Positions 26,662 through 35,903 of a stretch of DNA of 64,000 nt are shown in pieces. The notes under the pieces are model-generated. The model was given only the letters and a program-made list of their open reading frames with translations. It did no database searches and was not told where the DNA came from. The first letter of the stretch is position 1; every line of letters starts with the position of its first letter. The translations under genes were made by a program, and so were the position numbers. Origin of the DNA: an uncultured Pseudomonadota bacterium (GTDB lineage: Bacteria; Pseudomonadota; Alphaproteobacteria; Rs-D84); contig CADARU010000007.1 in assembly GCA_902790415.1 (NCBI GenBank), forward strand, positions 1,412 to 65,411, read 5' to 3'.

Positions 26662-27906
26662 TTATTTATGTTTATATGCCAAAACATACGGCACCAACTT
26701 ATCATGAAATTCCGTTGCAATCCATTTGCGCGGAATTTTTATTGCGTTGCCCTGACCCGCTGATAATTTTGGTAAAACAATGTCGTTTTTTGCATTTATA
26801 ATTTGCGGCAACGTTACCCCCAGGCCATCTGCAACACCGGGTAAAACAAATGTTACCGTATCACCGGCCCGAATTTCATTTCGCAATTCCATAACAAAAT
26901 AGTCATCAGAAACATTTGTTATAACACCGGCCGCATGCCAATCAGACGTGGAACGCGCAGATTCAAAATTATGTGCCGATGGCGGCAAAGGCCCGTCAAA
27001 AAACGCCGTTGTATATCCACGCGATTCCAAAACATTTAACATTTCCATATATGGTGCCGGATCAAAGTTTTCTGGGTTACGGGCATACGCATCCATCGCA
27101 GTGCGATACGCATGTACCACCGAACCGACATAATATTCACTGCGATTACGTCCTTCTATTTTTAATGAATCAGGTCCCGCAGAAATAACATCGCCCAGAC
27201 GCGGCATCAAACACAAATCTTTGGCGTTCATAATGTATGCACCGCGTTCATCTTCGGTGATTGGCATTTCAATTCCTGATTCATGTTCACGCAAAATCAC
27301 ATCGTATTTCCAACGACACAACTGCGCACACGCACCACGATTTGCCGGCCGGCCGGTAATAAAGTTAGATAATAAACACCGCCCCGAATAAGACATACAC
27401 ATTGCACCATGTACAAATATTTCCAACTTTATATCTGGACATTGTTTTCTGATATTTATAAATTCGGCATGCGAAACCTCACGTGCAAGGACACACAGTG
27501 ATGCCCCGGCATTTTGCCAAAACTTAACAGATTGGGCCGAACAAATATTCGTCTGGGTTGAAATATGAATTGGAATATCAGGATGATGTTCGCGTACCCA
27601 CATTAAAACCCCCGGGTCAGACACAATTAAACCATCCGGTTTCAGATAACGTATCGTTTCGGACACACGCGGCATATTTACGTATTCGGCATCATGCGCA
27701 AACAGGTTAAATGCCAGATACACTTTTTTACCGGCCGCATGTGCCAATTCAATACCGGTTTTCACTTCTTCGGTTGTGATTTTTGCGCGCGCACGCATTG
27801 AAAACCCGGGTAATCCGGCATAAATCGCATCCGCACCATACAAAATTGCGGTTTTAAATGCATCCAACGTTCCCGCCGGTGCCAAAAGTTCAGGCAGTTT
27901 TATCAT
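26662..27906 (-). CDS. U32-family peptidase-like protein
   Basis: N-terminal ELLAPAGTLDAFKTAILYGADAIYAG. E.FVHGAMCMSYSGRCLLS signature. 414 aa. Confidence 0.88.
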   Translation of the reverse strand: MIKLPELLAPAGTLDAFKTAILYGADAIYAGLPGFSMRARAKITTEEVKTGIELAHAAGKKVYLAFNLFAHDAEYVNMPRVSETIRYLKPDGLIVSDPGVLMWVREHHPDIPIHISTQTNICSAQSVKFWQNAGASLCVLAREVSHAEFINIRKQCPDIKLEIFVHGAMCMSYSGRCLLSNFITGRPANRGACAQLCRWKYDVILREHESGIEMPITEDERGAYIMNAKDLCLMPRLGDVISAGPDSLKIEGRNRSEYYVGSVVHAYRTAMDAYARNPENFDPAPYMEMLNVLESRGYTTAFFDGPLPPSAHNFESARSTSDWHAAGVITNVSDDYFVMELRNEIRAGDTVTFVLPGVADGLGVTLPQIINAKNDIVLPKLSAGQGNAIKIPRKWIATEFHDKLVPYVLAYKHK

Positions 27907-27972
27907 AATACCCCTATCCTAGCGGAGGGATGAATATTTTCAAGATTTATTTTATAAAAACAAAATTTTTTC

Positions 27973-28000
27973 TTGCTTTACGGTTATGAATATGTATAAT
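27973..28000 (+). promoter_or_regulatory. sigma70-like promoter candidate for tRNA-Thr
   Basis: TTGCTT, 16-nt spacer, TATAAT. The -10 ends 10 nt before the tRNA 5' end. Confidence 0.5.
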
Positions 28001-28010
28001 TATGCACGTT

Positions 28011-28086
28011 GCCAGTTTAGCTCAGCTGGTAGAGCATCTGATTTGTAATCAGAGGGTCGTTGGTTCAAGTCCGACAACTGGCACCA
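28011..28086 (+). tRNA. tRNA-Thr (anticodon TGT)
   Basis: GCCAGTT acceptor, anticodon arm TCTGA-TTTGTAA-TCAGA, T-arm GTTGG-TTCAAGT-CCGAC. CCA is encoded. 76 nt. Confidence 0.93.
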
Positions 28087-28091
28087 GAATT

Positions 28092-28159
28092 AAAACACCA
28101 CCCATTTGGGTGGTTGTTTTTTATTAAGAAAAAATTCTTGACAATTTTATGATTTTGTG
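28092..28159 (+). repeat. 68-nt terminator-plus-promoter module, copy 1
   Basis: AAAACACCACCCATTTGGGTGGTTGTTTTTTATTAAGAAAAAATTCTTGACAATTTTATGATTTTGTG. Contains TTGACA at 28138..28143. 66 of 68 nt are identical to 30403..30470. Confidence 0.85.
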
Positions 28160-28191
28160 CTACACATATTGTAACATAATCAGGAGGGCTT

Positions 28192-29283
28192 ATGCACACG
28201 ATAAAGAACCTTGAACAAAAGTTTGTTTCAAACACGTCCATCTACACATTGAATTTTGCGAACTTGACCGAAAAGCCCGATTCAACAAAAAATTTAACTG
28301 CAAAACAAGTTCGACACGACATTGCGGCATTTGCGCAGATGTTGATAAATATTTACGGTGGTTGGCCGTTCTTTTCGGCAAAAATTCGCAAAAATATATT
28401 AAACAAATTGGATGAATTTTATGAAAATACAACAGATGGAACAACCGCACAAAATTTATTTAACAACCTGACCACAATTGTTCAAATTATACCAGATAAT
28501 CATTTATGGATAAAACTTGGAGACAAAGTTTCGAAATATCCACGACCAGAACGCATAGATATTGGTGAAAACCTGGCTAAAAAATATGGAAATGGTAAAA
28601 AGTATTTTATCGGCAAATTGAATAACATTGGAATCATCGCATTTTCAAAATGCTTTGCACCAGATAATCCAGAAGACATGGAAAAGTTCCGCAAGCTAGT
28701 CCGTGATGCCATGACCGATACAGATGCAATAATTATTGACATGCGTGATAACCCTGGTGGCAGTCCGACTATTATATCTATGATAGCAACTGAACTTAAC
28801 GGCACCGACATTGTTCCAAGATGCGATATGATATATGCACGTACCACACCACAGGCGGTGGAATTATACAAATATTTTAGTTTACCTTACGAAAATAGAG
28901 ATTTAAGCGTTGACCCAACAATACAAACAGACAACCACGGTTTCAAACTGCCACAAGAACATAAATTCGCATACAATAAACCAATTTATATTTTGCAAAA
29001 CAATCGCTCCGCATCATCAGCAGAACACCTGCAAACCACTTTACGTTTTAACCCAAATCTAAAAATCGTAGGTTCTAATTCATTGGGGTGCCGACAACAC
29101 ACACAATACAAGCCGTTTATATTGGAACACTCGCGCATTATTGCGAACATTTCCACAAATTACGCACACGTTCCAGAAATAAAAAAATTTGAAACACACG
29201 GCTTTACACCAGATATATGTGTTTCTAATGGCATAGATGCATTTGATGTTGTAATGGCGCAAATAAACAGAAAGGTAAAATAA
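28192..29283 (+). CDS. S41-family (tail-specific protease-like) peptidase, paralog 1
   Basis: IIDMRDNPGGSPT and NRSASSAEHL (catalytic Ser region). No signal peptide or PDZ domain is evident. Confidence 0.72.
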   Translation: MHTIKNLEQKFVSNTSIYTLNFANLTEKPDSTKNLTAKQVRHDIAAFAQMLINIYGGWPFFSAKIRKNILNKLDEFYENTTDGTTAQNLFNNLTTIVQIIPDNHLWIKLGDKVSKYPRPERIDIGENLAKKYGNGKKYFIGKLNNIGIIAFSKCFAPDNPEDMEKFRKLVRDAMTDTDAIIIDMRDNPGGSPTIISMIATELNGTDIVPRCDMIYARTTPQAVELYKYFSLPYENRDLSVDPTIQTDNHGFKLPQEHKFAYNKPIYILQNNRSASSAEHLQTTLRFNPNLKIVGSNSLGCRQHTQYKPFILEHSRIIANISTNYAHVPEIKKFETHGFTPDICVSNGIDAFDVVMAQINRKVK

Positions 29284-30383
29284 TGACACGCACAATTTCC
29301 GAAATGGAAAAGTTTTTGTTAACCGATTCCAAAACAAGAGATTTGTTACCACCAGAACAAAACTCCTTGCCACCGGATACACAATTGACCACAAAACAAG
29401 TTCAACACGACATTTCGACATTTGCACGCATTTTGATAAATGTGTATTGTGGTTGGCCATTTTACAATGAAAAACTTAAACAAAAAACATTAGATGCATT
29501 GCTTAACCTTTACACTAATGCAACTAATGAGTACTGTGAAAAACTGTTCAATGATTTGGGTGCATTGCTTGCCGACTTTCCGGACAATCATATACGAATT
29601 ACAATGAACGGGTACAACAAAGCGGCCAAAACGAAATTACGAAAAAAACGCCCCCATGTCGGCGATAACATTGCCGGTGATAAAAAGTTTTACATAACAA
29701 CAAAAGATGATACTGGTATTATTGCTATATCTAGTCTGAGCGCATGGACAAAACCACAAGAGGTAGAATTCGAAAAACAATGGCGTAGCGTTTTACCGCA
29801 AATAAAAAAATTGGTCATAGATTTACGCGACAATCGTGGTGGCAATGATACATATACAAACAAATTAGCCGACCATATATTGGGGTATAACGCACCAAAT
29901 GCACGTCGCATATACGTACGCAACAATCCGGACGCAAACAGAATTAAAAATTTAGAAAAGAACAGAATGCGTGGTCGATTTGATGTAAACACGCCTAATG
30001 ATCCGGTATTACTACCCGATTATTCAGATGTGACACAACAAAAATTTATTTCTAAATATGCTGGTTTTAACGGTCCGATATATGTACTAATAAATGGACA
30101 CACCGCATCATCAGCCGAAATGTTTTGCACAAAAATAAAAAACTATCCCAATGTTACATTTATTGGAACAAACACACTTGGATGCGAAATTTATGGGTTT
30201 GTTGTACACACATCGTTACCAAACAGTAAAATAGATTTTGCCGTTGGTTTTGTTCATCGTGAATTATTTGTAGATAATTTTGAATTAAATGGATACTCAC
30301 CTGATATAAACGTCCCAGATGGCACAGATGCATTTGATGTTGCCATGCAACAAATCGCATTAAATAAAGACAAACAAAAATAG
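29283..30383 (+). CDS. S41-family peptidase, paralog 2
   Basis: VIDLRDNRGGNDT and GHTASSAEMF. The N-terminus is collinear with paralog 1 (TTKQVQHDISTFARILINVYCGWPF versus TAKQVRHDIAAFAQMLINIYGGWPF). Its start overlaps the paralog 1 stop. Confidence 0.72.
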   Translation: MTRTISEMEKFLLTDSKTRDLLPPEQNSLPPDTQLTTKQVQHDISTFARILINVYCGWPFYNEKLKQKTLDALLNLYTNATNEYCEKLFNDLGALLADFPDNHIRITMNGYNKAAKTKLRKKRPHVGDNIAGDKKFYITTKDDTGIIAISSLSAWTKPQEVEFEKQWRSVLPQIKKLVIDLRDNRGGNDTYTNKLADHILGYNAPNARRIYVRNNPDANRIKNLEKNRMRGRFDVNTPNDPVLLPDYSDVTQQKFISKYAGFNGPIYVLINGHTASSAEMFCTKIKNYPNVTFIGTNTLGCEIYGFVVHTSLPNSKIDFAVGFVHRELFVDNFELNGYSPDINVPDGTDAFDVAMQQIALNKDKQK

Positions 30384-30402
30384 CAATAGAATAAATTTTA
30401 AC

Positions 30403-30470
30403 AAAACACCACCCGTTTGGGCGGTTGTTTTTTATTAAGAAAAAATTCTTGACAATTTTATGATTTTGTG
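30403..30470 (+). repeat. 68-nt terminator-plus-promoter module, copy 2
   Basis: Same as 28092..28159 apart from two substitutions in the hairpin. TTGACA at 30449..30454. Confidence 0.85.
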
Positions 30471-30507
30471 TCAGAATTTAAAAAAAAGAAATAAAAAAGG
30501 ACACAAG

Positions 30508-31335
30508 ATGAATCAGAACATTCCAGGATTTAAAGATTACAGTATTGAACAAGAAATGGTTGCACATGATGCAGAACAGATGGCCGCATCTAGAAACGAA
30601 CGCAAAATCAGAGAGGACGAAGAAGCGCGCAAAGCCATCGCCGAAAGGGCCAGAATCAAGACCGAACGCAAACTTGAACGCAAAAAACGTTGGATTATTT
30701 TCTGTGCAACATTAAAAAAACGTATTTTGTCGGGTATTTTTATACCAGCAGTATTGTCCATTGGATGCTTAGGAATGGGCAGTGCCATTTTAATGGGCGA
30801 TAAAGCACAAGAATCCAAGAAAGTGAGTCAACTTGAAAAAGAAACGGTTACTGCCACAGCCGGCATAATGTTTATATTATCTGTGGGAATTATCCTGATT
30901 GGTCTTGCCAGGGGTGCAATGAACCATAAAAATTATAAAACAAGACATCTGTATAAATTAATGCAAGAAATCGAATCTGATTATGTTCCATACGATTCTG
31001 TCAAAGAATTAAAAGAACTGGGCAAAATCGGTTTAAATATATTGAAAAAATATTCAGAACTGGATTCAAAATATCTTGACAAATTGTTGGCGGGCGATTT
31101 TTCGGACAAATTTGATTATCAACACGCAATCGCAATTATCAAAGGTTGTTTAGAAGCGCATCCAGAATATATTGATCGTGTTTTAGAAGTGTACGACCCG
31201 TTACAGATTCCAACAAACATATTTGATGACATAGAACAAACCGAAGAAACACAAAACGCAATACAGAAATTACACGATGCACAAACAAAAACGGTGAATC
31301 AAAAATATCAATTAACCAGACCGGCTTATATGTAA
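30508..31335 (+). CDS. hypothetical membrane protein (paralog of 7508..8374)
   Basis: The ATG at 30508 (MNQNIPGF) follows an AAGGA SD; the ORF is open from 30460. Charged coiled N-terminus, two TM segments, helical C-terminal domain. Confidence 0.5.
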   Translation: MNQNIPGFKDYSIEQEMVAHDAEQMAASRNERKIREDEEARKAIAERARIKTERKLERKKRWIIFCATLKKRILSGIFIPAVLSIGCLGMGSAILMGDKAQESKKVSQLEKETVTATAGIMFILSVGIILIGLARGAMNHKNYKTRHLYKLMQEIESDYVPYDSVKELKELGKIGLNILKKYSELDSKYLDKLLAGDFSDKFDYQHAIAIIKGCLEAHPEYIDRVLEVYDPLQIPTNIFDDIEQTEETQNAIQKLHDAQTKTVNQKYQLTRPAYM

Positions 31336-31367
31336 AAAAATCCCCATCAAATGATGGGAATTTTTTT
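31334..31367. terminator. bidirectional terminator
   Basis: A-run, hairpin CCCATC-AAAT-GATGGG, T-run. Lies between convergent genes. Confidence 0.6.
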
Positions 31368-32109
31368 ATTCTTCTGTTTTTTTATTTCGTTCGTGTTTTT
31401 CAATTGCATTGGCAACACTTTCGATTTGCATCAACTGGTTTTCCAATGCGTTACGTTCAGAATTCTTGTACCCCGTTTCATCATTTATCTTGGGGGTATC
31501 TTTTTTATTTGCCGCATCATGCGTCTTGTTTTCAACACGCGGATTTATCAGATTATCAAAAATCTTTTGTGCCTCACGCGTGCCGGCAACATCACGTTTA
31601 AGCAATTTATTTTCCGCACCCGGAATAAACCATTGGTCTAATTTTACCGCCGTCATTTGCATTATTGGACGTGTACGCGCATCGGCAACCCAGTGTGGCA
31701 GACGTGGCGTATCAGAAAAATACCACAGCGCAATCCAATATGCGATACCCATAACAACAACACCACGCACAATACCAAAAATAACGCCTAACGTATGATC
31801 GGTAACGTTCATAACACTGGCCTGAATCCTGTCGCGCAGTTTCTGATTTAAAAATCCAACAACCAACAATATTATAAAGAATACAATAAAATAAGACGCA
31901 ACCAATGTTCCAACCGTTGATTCAGAAACCCCAAACCACCCCTGTAACAATTTATCCAACCAAGGTGAAACAAATCGCGCAGTTATCGCCGCAACCACCC
32001 AAGACAACGTTGCGACCGTTTCATAAATACCGCCACGAATCGTTGCCCAAACAGTAGATGCCAGAATAACACCAATATACGCGTAATCAAAACCTGTTAA
32101 ATTAAACAT
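31366..32109 (-). CDS. cvpA: CvpA-family membrane protein
   Basis: The N-terminal FDYAYIGVILASTVWATIRGGIYE and four TM segments are typical of CvpA. Has an extended charged C-terminus. Confidence 0.78.
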   Translation of the reverse strand: MFNLTGFDYAYIGVILASTVWATIRGGIYETVATLSWVVAAITARFVSPWLDKLLQGWFGVSESTVGTLVASYFIVFFIILLVVGFLNQKLRDRIQASVMNVTDHTLGVIFGIVRGVVVMGIAYWIALWYFSDTPRLPHWVADARTRPIMQMTAVKLDQWFIPGAENKLLKRDVAGTREAQKIFDNLINPRVENKTHDAANKKDTPKINDETGYKNSERNALENQLMQIESVANAIEKHERNKKTEE

Positions 32110-32124
32110 TTCCCCCGCCCTACA

Positions 32125-32685
32125 CTATTTTGAATTTTTTCTGAACAAAACTATTCCCAATAATACAACCAACGCGCCTAACAATACATACAACGACACA
32201 TTGCCCATACTTTTACTTTTTTTTTGAATTTCTGGGCCGCGTTCACTGATTGCATTCTGACGTTCGGCATTTGCCGCGCGAAACGCATCAGCACCAGCAC
32301 CTTCTAATTTTGTTCTGTATTCTGCGGATGCCTTGACTTCTTCTTGGGACAAACCGACTTCGACCGCACGACGTAAATCATCACGCATAGAATCGCCGTA
32401 TCCCTGGAAACATTTTTCGCCGATTACCAACACCGGAACACCACCGGATTCATATTTACATTTTTTTAATGCATCTATGAATTCAGGCCGATTTGATTCC
32501 GCCATAACATTAACCATATTTACACGCACAGACGGATATTCATAAACCAAATTATTTGATACAAAATCACGTGCGTGATGACAATGTGGACATGTCGGCG
32601 AATAATATATCGTTACATCCGCCGCAAAGGCACCACCAAACATAAACAAACCAAACAACACAGACAATAAAAATTTGATTTTCAT
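32125..32685 (-). CDS. thioredoxin-fold (CPHC) protein with signal peptide and C-terminal TM anchor
   Basis: The ATG at 32685 follows AGGAG; the ORF is open to 32820. Signal peptide MKIKFLLSVLFGLFMFGGAFA. YYSPTCPHCHHARDF redox motif. C-terminal VSLYVLLGALVVLLGIVLF. Confidence 0.65.
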   Translation of the reverse strand: MKIKFLLSVLFGLFMFGGAFAADVTIYYSPTCPHCHHARDFVSNNLVYEYPSVRVNMVNVMAESNRPEFIDALKKCKYESGGVPVLVIGEKCFQGYGDSMRDDLRRAVEVGLSQEEVKASAEYRTKLEGAGADAFRAANAERQNAISERGPEIQKKSKSMGNVSLYVLLGALVVLLGIVLFRKNSK

Positions 32686-32832
32686 TTTTTCTCCTTTCTT
32701 ATCAGGTGGATTATAGAAACTATTTCCATATTCGTGCAAGTTATTTTTACGAACATACACCACTATTTTTCCTGTGGAAAAATATAAACAAAGCATTAAA
32801 ATAAAAACAACAAAAATCAAAGGAGGAAAACC

Positions 32833-33417
32833 ATGTTCAATTTGGCCGAATACCCATTATCTTTTCGCGAAAATGAATTAGAACCTTTTATGTCCGCAGA
32901 AACGGTGAAAATTCATCACAACCGACACTTGGCAACATACATTGCAAATTTGAACAAACTGATTGCGAACACAAAATATGCAAATATGGATTTGCATGAA
33001 ATTATTGTAAATTCTGTGAACGATGAGAGCGCGACAAAAATATTCAACAATGCCGCCCAGGTTTATAATCACGAATTCTTTTTTAATTGTTTGGGGCGCG
33101 GTCATAACTTTATTCCCGATGTTATAACAGATGCTTTTGGTGGCGCGGCCGAATTCAAAGAAAAATTCAAATCTGTTGCAAATGATGTTTTTGGTTCTGG
33201 GTGGGTATGGTTAATCAGACGTGATGAAAAATTTGAAATTATCGCAACAAAAAATGCCGACACCCCAATCGCACATGGCATAAAGCCACTGTTAACATTA
33301 GATTTGTGGGAACACGCCTATTATTTGGATTGGCAAAACAGACGTGGTGATTTCGTTGATGCGTTTCTAGAAAACCTGGTCGATTGGAAATTCGTGTTGG
33401 AAAATATGGATATATAA
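32833..33417 (+). CDS. sodB: superoxide dismutase (Fe type)
   Basis: HHNRHLATYI, NNAAQVYNHEFFF (Fe-type AAQ) and DLWEHAYYLDWQNRR. Confidence 0.92.
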   Translation: MFNLAEYPLSFRENELEPFMSAETVKIHHNRHLATYIANLNKLIANTKYANMDLHEIIVNSVNDESATKIFNNAAQVYNHEFFFNCLGRGHNFIPDVITDAFGGAAEFKEKFKSVANDVFGSGWVWLIRRDEKFEIIATKNADTPIAHGIKPLLTLDLWEHAYYLDWQNRRGDFVDAFLENLVDWKFVLENMDI

Positions 33418-33449
33418 AAAGCGGTGGAAAATCCACCGCTTTTTTTTTA
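33416..33449 (+). terminator. rho-independent terminator after sodB
   Basis: Hairpin AGCGGTGGAAAATCCACCGCT followed by T9. Confidence 0.7.
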
Positions 33450-33749
33450 CAACGCCATGCGAATAAACCTGATGTCATCAAATTCAGGATATTTATTTAG
33501 CACAGATTGCGCCAGTGGACACATACATATTATTTTACGATGTTGGGCGCGTGCGAAATCTGCGACACGGCGCACCAAATCCAAACACAAATTAGATTCT
33601 TTGTAATTATCGGATATTTGTGTTGATTCGATGATTAACCTGTCTATGCCAACATAAAGAAAATTTATTTGCCCTATTAACAAAGAACTAATATATGCAC
33701 AAAATGCGTAACCATTTTTTGATTCTGAATATGTTATATTGTGTTCCAT
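33447..33749 (-). CDS. small GNAT-like N-acetyltransferase (YjdJ type)
   Basis: 100 aa. The pattern G.I.F...G....I..T.V....R..GL...L...V..FAR....KI...CP.A fits the single-domain GNAT (Acetyltransf_CG) family. Confidence 0.65.
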   Translation of the reverse strand: MEHNITYSESKNGYAFCAYISSLLIGQINFLYVGIDRLIIESTQISDNYKESNLCLDLVRRVADFARAQHRKIICMCPLAQSVLNKYPEFDDIRFIRMAL

Positions 33750-33852
33750 TTTGCCACCCCTATTTGCTAAACAAGCCTAGCACGCAAAACACATAACATA
33801 AATATGAATGTTTGCACAAAAAAACGGCGGAATTAAATTCCGCCATATTGTT

Positions 33853-34782
33853 TTATAAATTTGCAAAGTTTTTTTGAATTATCTTTGCGCTGCGCCGCAG
33901 CCCCGATGATTCGGCGGCCGACATCTTTGGTATCAACGTATTTACCACGCCCGATGCGCCCACAATACGCGGCATAGAACACGCGACCATATCTTTGCCA
34001 ACACCGGAAACGATACTGGTTGTTAAAACCCTGTGTTCATCGTTTATGATACATCGCAATAAATCTGCAACCGCCGCACCAATACCATCCCATGTCGCGC
34101 CACGTCCACGAATAATTTCGTATGCTGCGTTACGCACGCGATGTTCAATTGTGTTGCGCGATGTCTGGGGTAATGCATTTTTTGTTTGTCGGCAAAAATC
34201 ATCTAATGCCAGCCCACCTATTGTCGCAGATGTCCAATTTATAACACTGCTGTCGCCATGTTCACCCAAAACATAGGCATTAACCGATTGGGGGGAAACC
34301 GATAAATTACGCGACAAAATCGTGCGCAGGCGCGCCGTATCCAACATGGTACCCGTACCAATCACGCGGGACGGTGGCAATTTAGACAAACTTTGCGCCA
34401 ACATGACCATAACATCCAATGGATTAGTAACCAAAATCAGAACGACATTTTTTGCATCAACGTTGTCCATAACACGCGGAACAATATCACGAATAACATC
34501 GGCATTGTTTTGCAATAAATCGGTGCGTGTTTGTCCAGGCTTTTGATTTGCACCGGCGGCGATGATAACAATATCAGAACCACGAATCCCGCGATAGTTA
34601 TTAACCGCTGTAATTTTTACATCAAAACCAAATGTTGCGGCATGGCCCAAATCTTCGGCGGCGGCGCGTGCACGAACACCATCGCGGTCAAACAAAACCA
34701 TTTCGTGAACCAGGCCGGTATTTTTAACCGCGGTTGCAACAGCCGAACCAACCGACCCAACACCAATAATTGCTATCTTCAT
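33853..34782 (-). CDS. ldh: L-lactate dehydrogenase
   Basis: MKIAIIGVGSVGS Rossmann motif. AGANQKPGQTRTDLL carries Gln at the LDH/MDH discriminating position. GEHGDS present. Confidence 0.8.
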   Translation of the reverse strand: MKIAIIGVGSVGSAVATAVKNTGLVHEMVLFDRDGVRARAAAEDLGHAATFGFDVKITAVNNYRGIRGSDIVIIAAGANQKPGQTRTDLLQNNADVIRDIVPRVMDNVDAKNVVLILVTNPLDVMVMLAQSLSKLPPSRVIGTGTMLDTARLRTILSRNLSVSPQSVNAYVLGEHGDSSVINWTSATIGGLALDDFCRQTKNALPQTSRNTIEHRVRNAAYEIIRGRGATWDGIGAAVADLLRCIINDEHRVLTTSIVSGVGKDMVACSMPRIVGASGVVNTLIPKMSAAESSGLRRSAKIIQKNFANL

Positions 34783-34820
34783 ATTCTCTCCCTTGTGATA
34801 GAAATATTATATCATATTTC

Positions 34821-34838
34821 AGTGGTTAGTGTTAGCGG
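34821..34838. repeat. GTTAGTG-type oligo-repeat copy
   Basis: AGTGGTTAGTGTTAGCGG next to the terminator hairpin ACGCCCAAACGGGCG, which has the same core as the hairpin at 8647. Confidence 0.6.
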
Positions 34839-34868
34839 ATAAAAAAAAACGCCCAAACGGGCGTTTTT

Positions 34869-35471
34869 TTATTCGTATAACTGACAAGTTTTTCTATTAG
34901 AATCATAGTTAGATTTCAATACAACTCTATTTTCGAATTCTTTATAAAAACTTAACATCTCGTTACATACATCTTCTGATTTTATGTTGCTGCAAAAAAC
35001 AGACACCTTTGTAAGTGCGGAACCCGCTTCATCTGTAACGTATCCGCTGTATATTCTACAAATTCCTTTTGCTATCCCAAGTGCCTTGGTTGATTCAACA
35101 GATTCTGATATATCATCAAATTTAAATTGTATATAATCACTACCAGAATTTACTTTAAAAGCAAGATAATCATCTATTCCCCCTTCTGAGGAACCGCCCA
35201 TAATTATTGGTCCTACCTCGTACCCACGTTTTGTAAGCCATTTTTCCGCTAATTTTCTATCTTGTCCTCTAGCAATCTGGACATCTGCGAAATCGGTATT
35301 GCAATAAGCCATTTTATAGTCATCAGATTTACATGGATTTTTATCAATGCAATCACCACCATTTTTAGTTATGTAAACCATATCTAAAGATTCACATTCT
35401 GCCTTTGTCATTGCGGATGCGGACGTAATTATCGCTAATCCAGCCAATGTAGATAATAAAGTTTTTTTCAT
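34869..35471 (-). CDS. hypothetical secreted Cys-rich protein
   Basis: 200 aa. Signal peptide MKKTLLSTLAGLAIITSASA. Last gene of a three-gene minus-strand cluster. Confidence 0.5.
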   Translation of the reverse strand: MKKTLLSTLAGLAIITSASAMTKAECESLDMVYITKNGGDCIDKNPCKSDDYKMAYCNTDFADVQIARGQDRKLAEKWLTKRGYEVGPIIMGGSSEGGIDDYLAFKVNSGSDYIQFKFDDISESVESTKALGIAKGICRIYSGYVTDEAGSALTKVSVFCSNIKSEDVCNEMLSFYKEFENRVVLKSNYDSNRKTCQLYE

Positions 35472-35501
35472 TTTTTCTCCTTTTAGTTCTTTGTTAATTT
35501 T

Positions 35502-35903
35502 TTATCCGTTAAAATCTTTACAACTGTCAAGTTTACGAACTTTTTCTATATCACCAAGTTTGCTCAATGCGGTTTTGCAAAAACGGTTATCTTTTTGTTC
35601 AGTAGAAAGATTTTCTGATGGCATACTACCCCCACCCGATGTGCCGCCGGTACCACCAGATTTTATACTGGATACTTTTTGATATAATTTTACATTTGCT
35701 GCAACACCCACGCCCGCAAGACCTATGGCAACACCACCCGCTATTTTTTGTTTCTTTACACCCTGGTTGCATTGCTCTATTTTTTGTTTCAATTCGTCAC
35801 GACGTGATTCTAATTTTACTATCTGGTCATCAAGAAGATCCGGCGCGGCAAACACAGGTAACGAAAACAACAGAAAAAACAGTAAAAATATTTTATTTTT
35901 CAT
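35502..35903 (-). CDS. secreted coiled-coil protein with a Gly/Ala-rich segment (family member P2)
   Basis: The ATG at 35903 (MKNKIFLLFFLLFSLPVFA) overlaps the end of the upstream gene by 11 nt. Contains ELKQKIEQCNQGVKKQKIAGGVAIGLAGVGVAANV. Confidence 0.5.
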   Translation of the reverse strand: MKNKIFLLFFLLFSLPVFAAPDLLDDQIVKLESRRDELKQKIEQCNQGVKKQKIAGGVAIGLAGVGVAANVKLYQKVSSIKSGGTGGTSGGGSMPSENLSTEQKDNRFCKTALSKLGDIEKVRKLDSCKDFNG

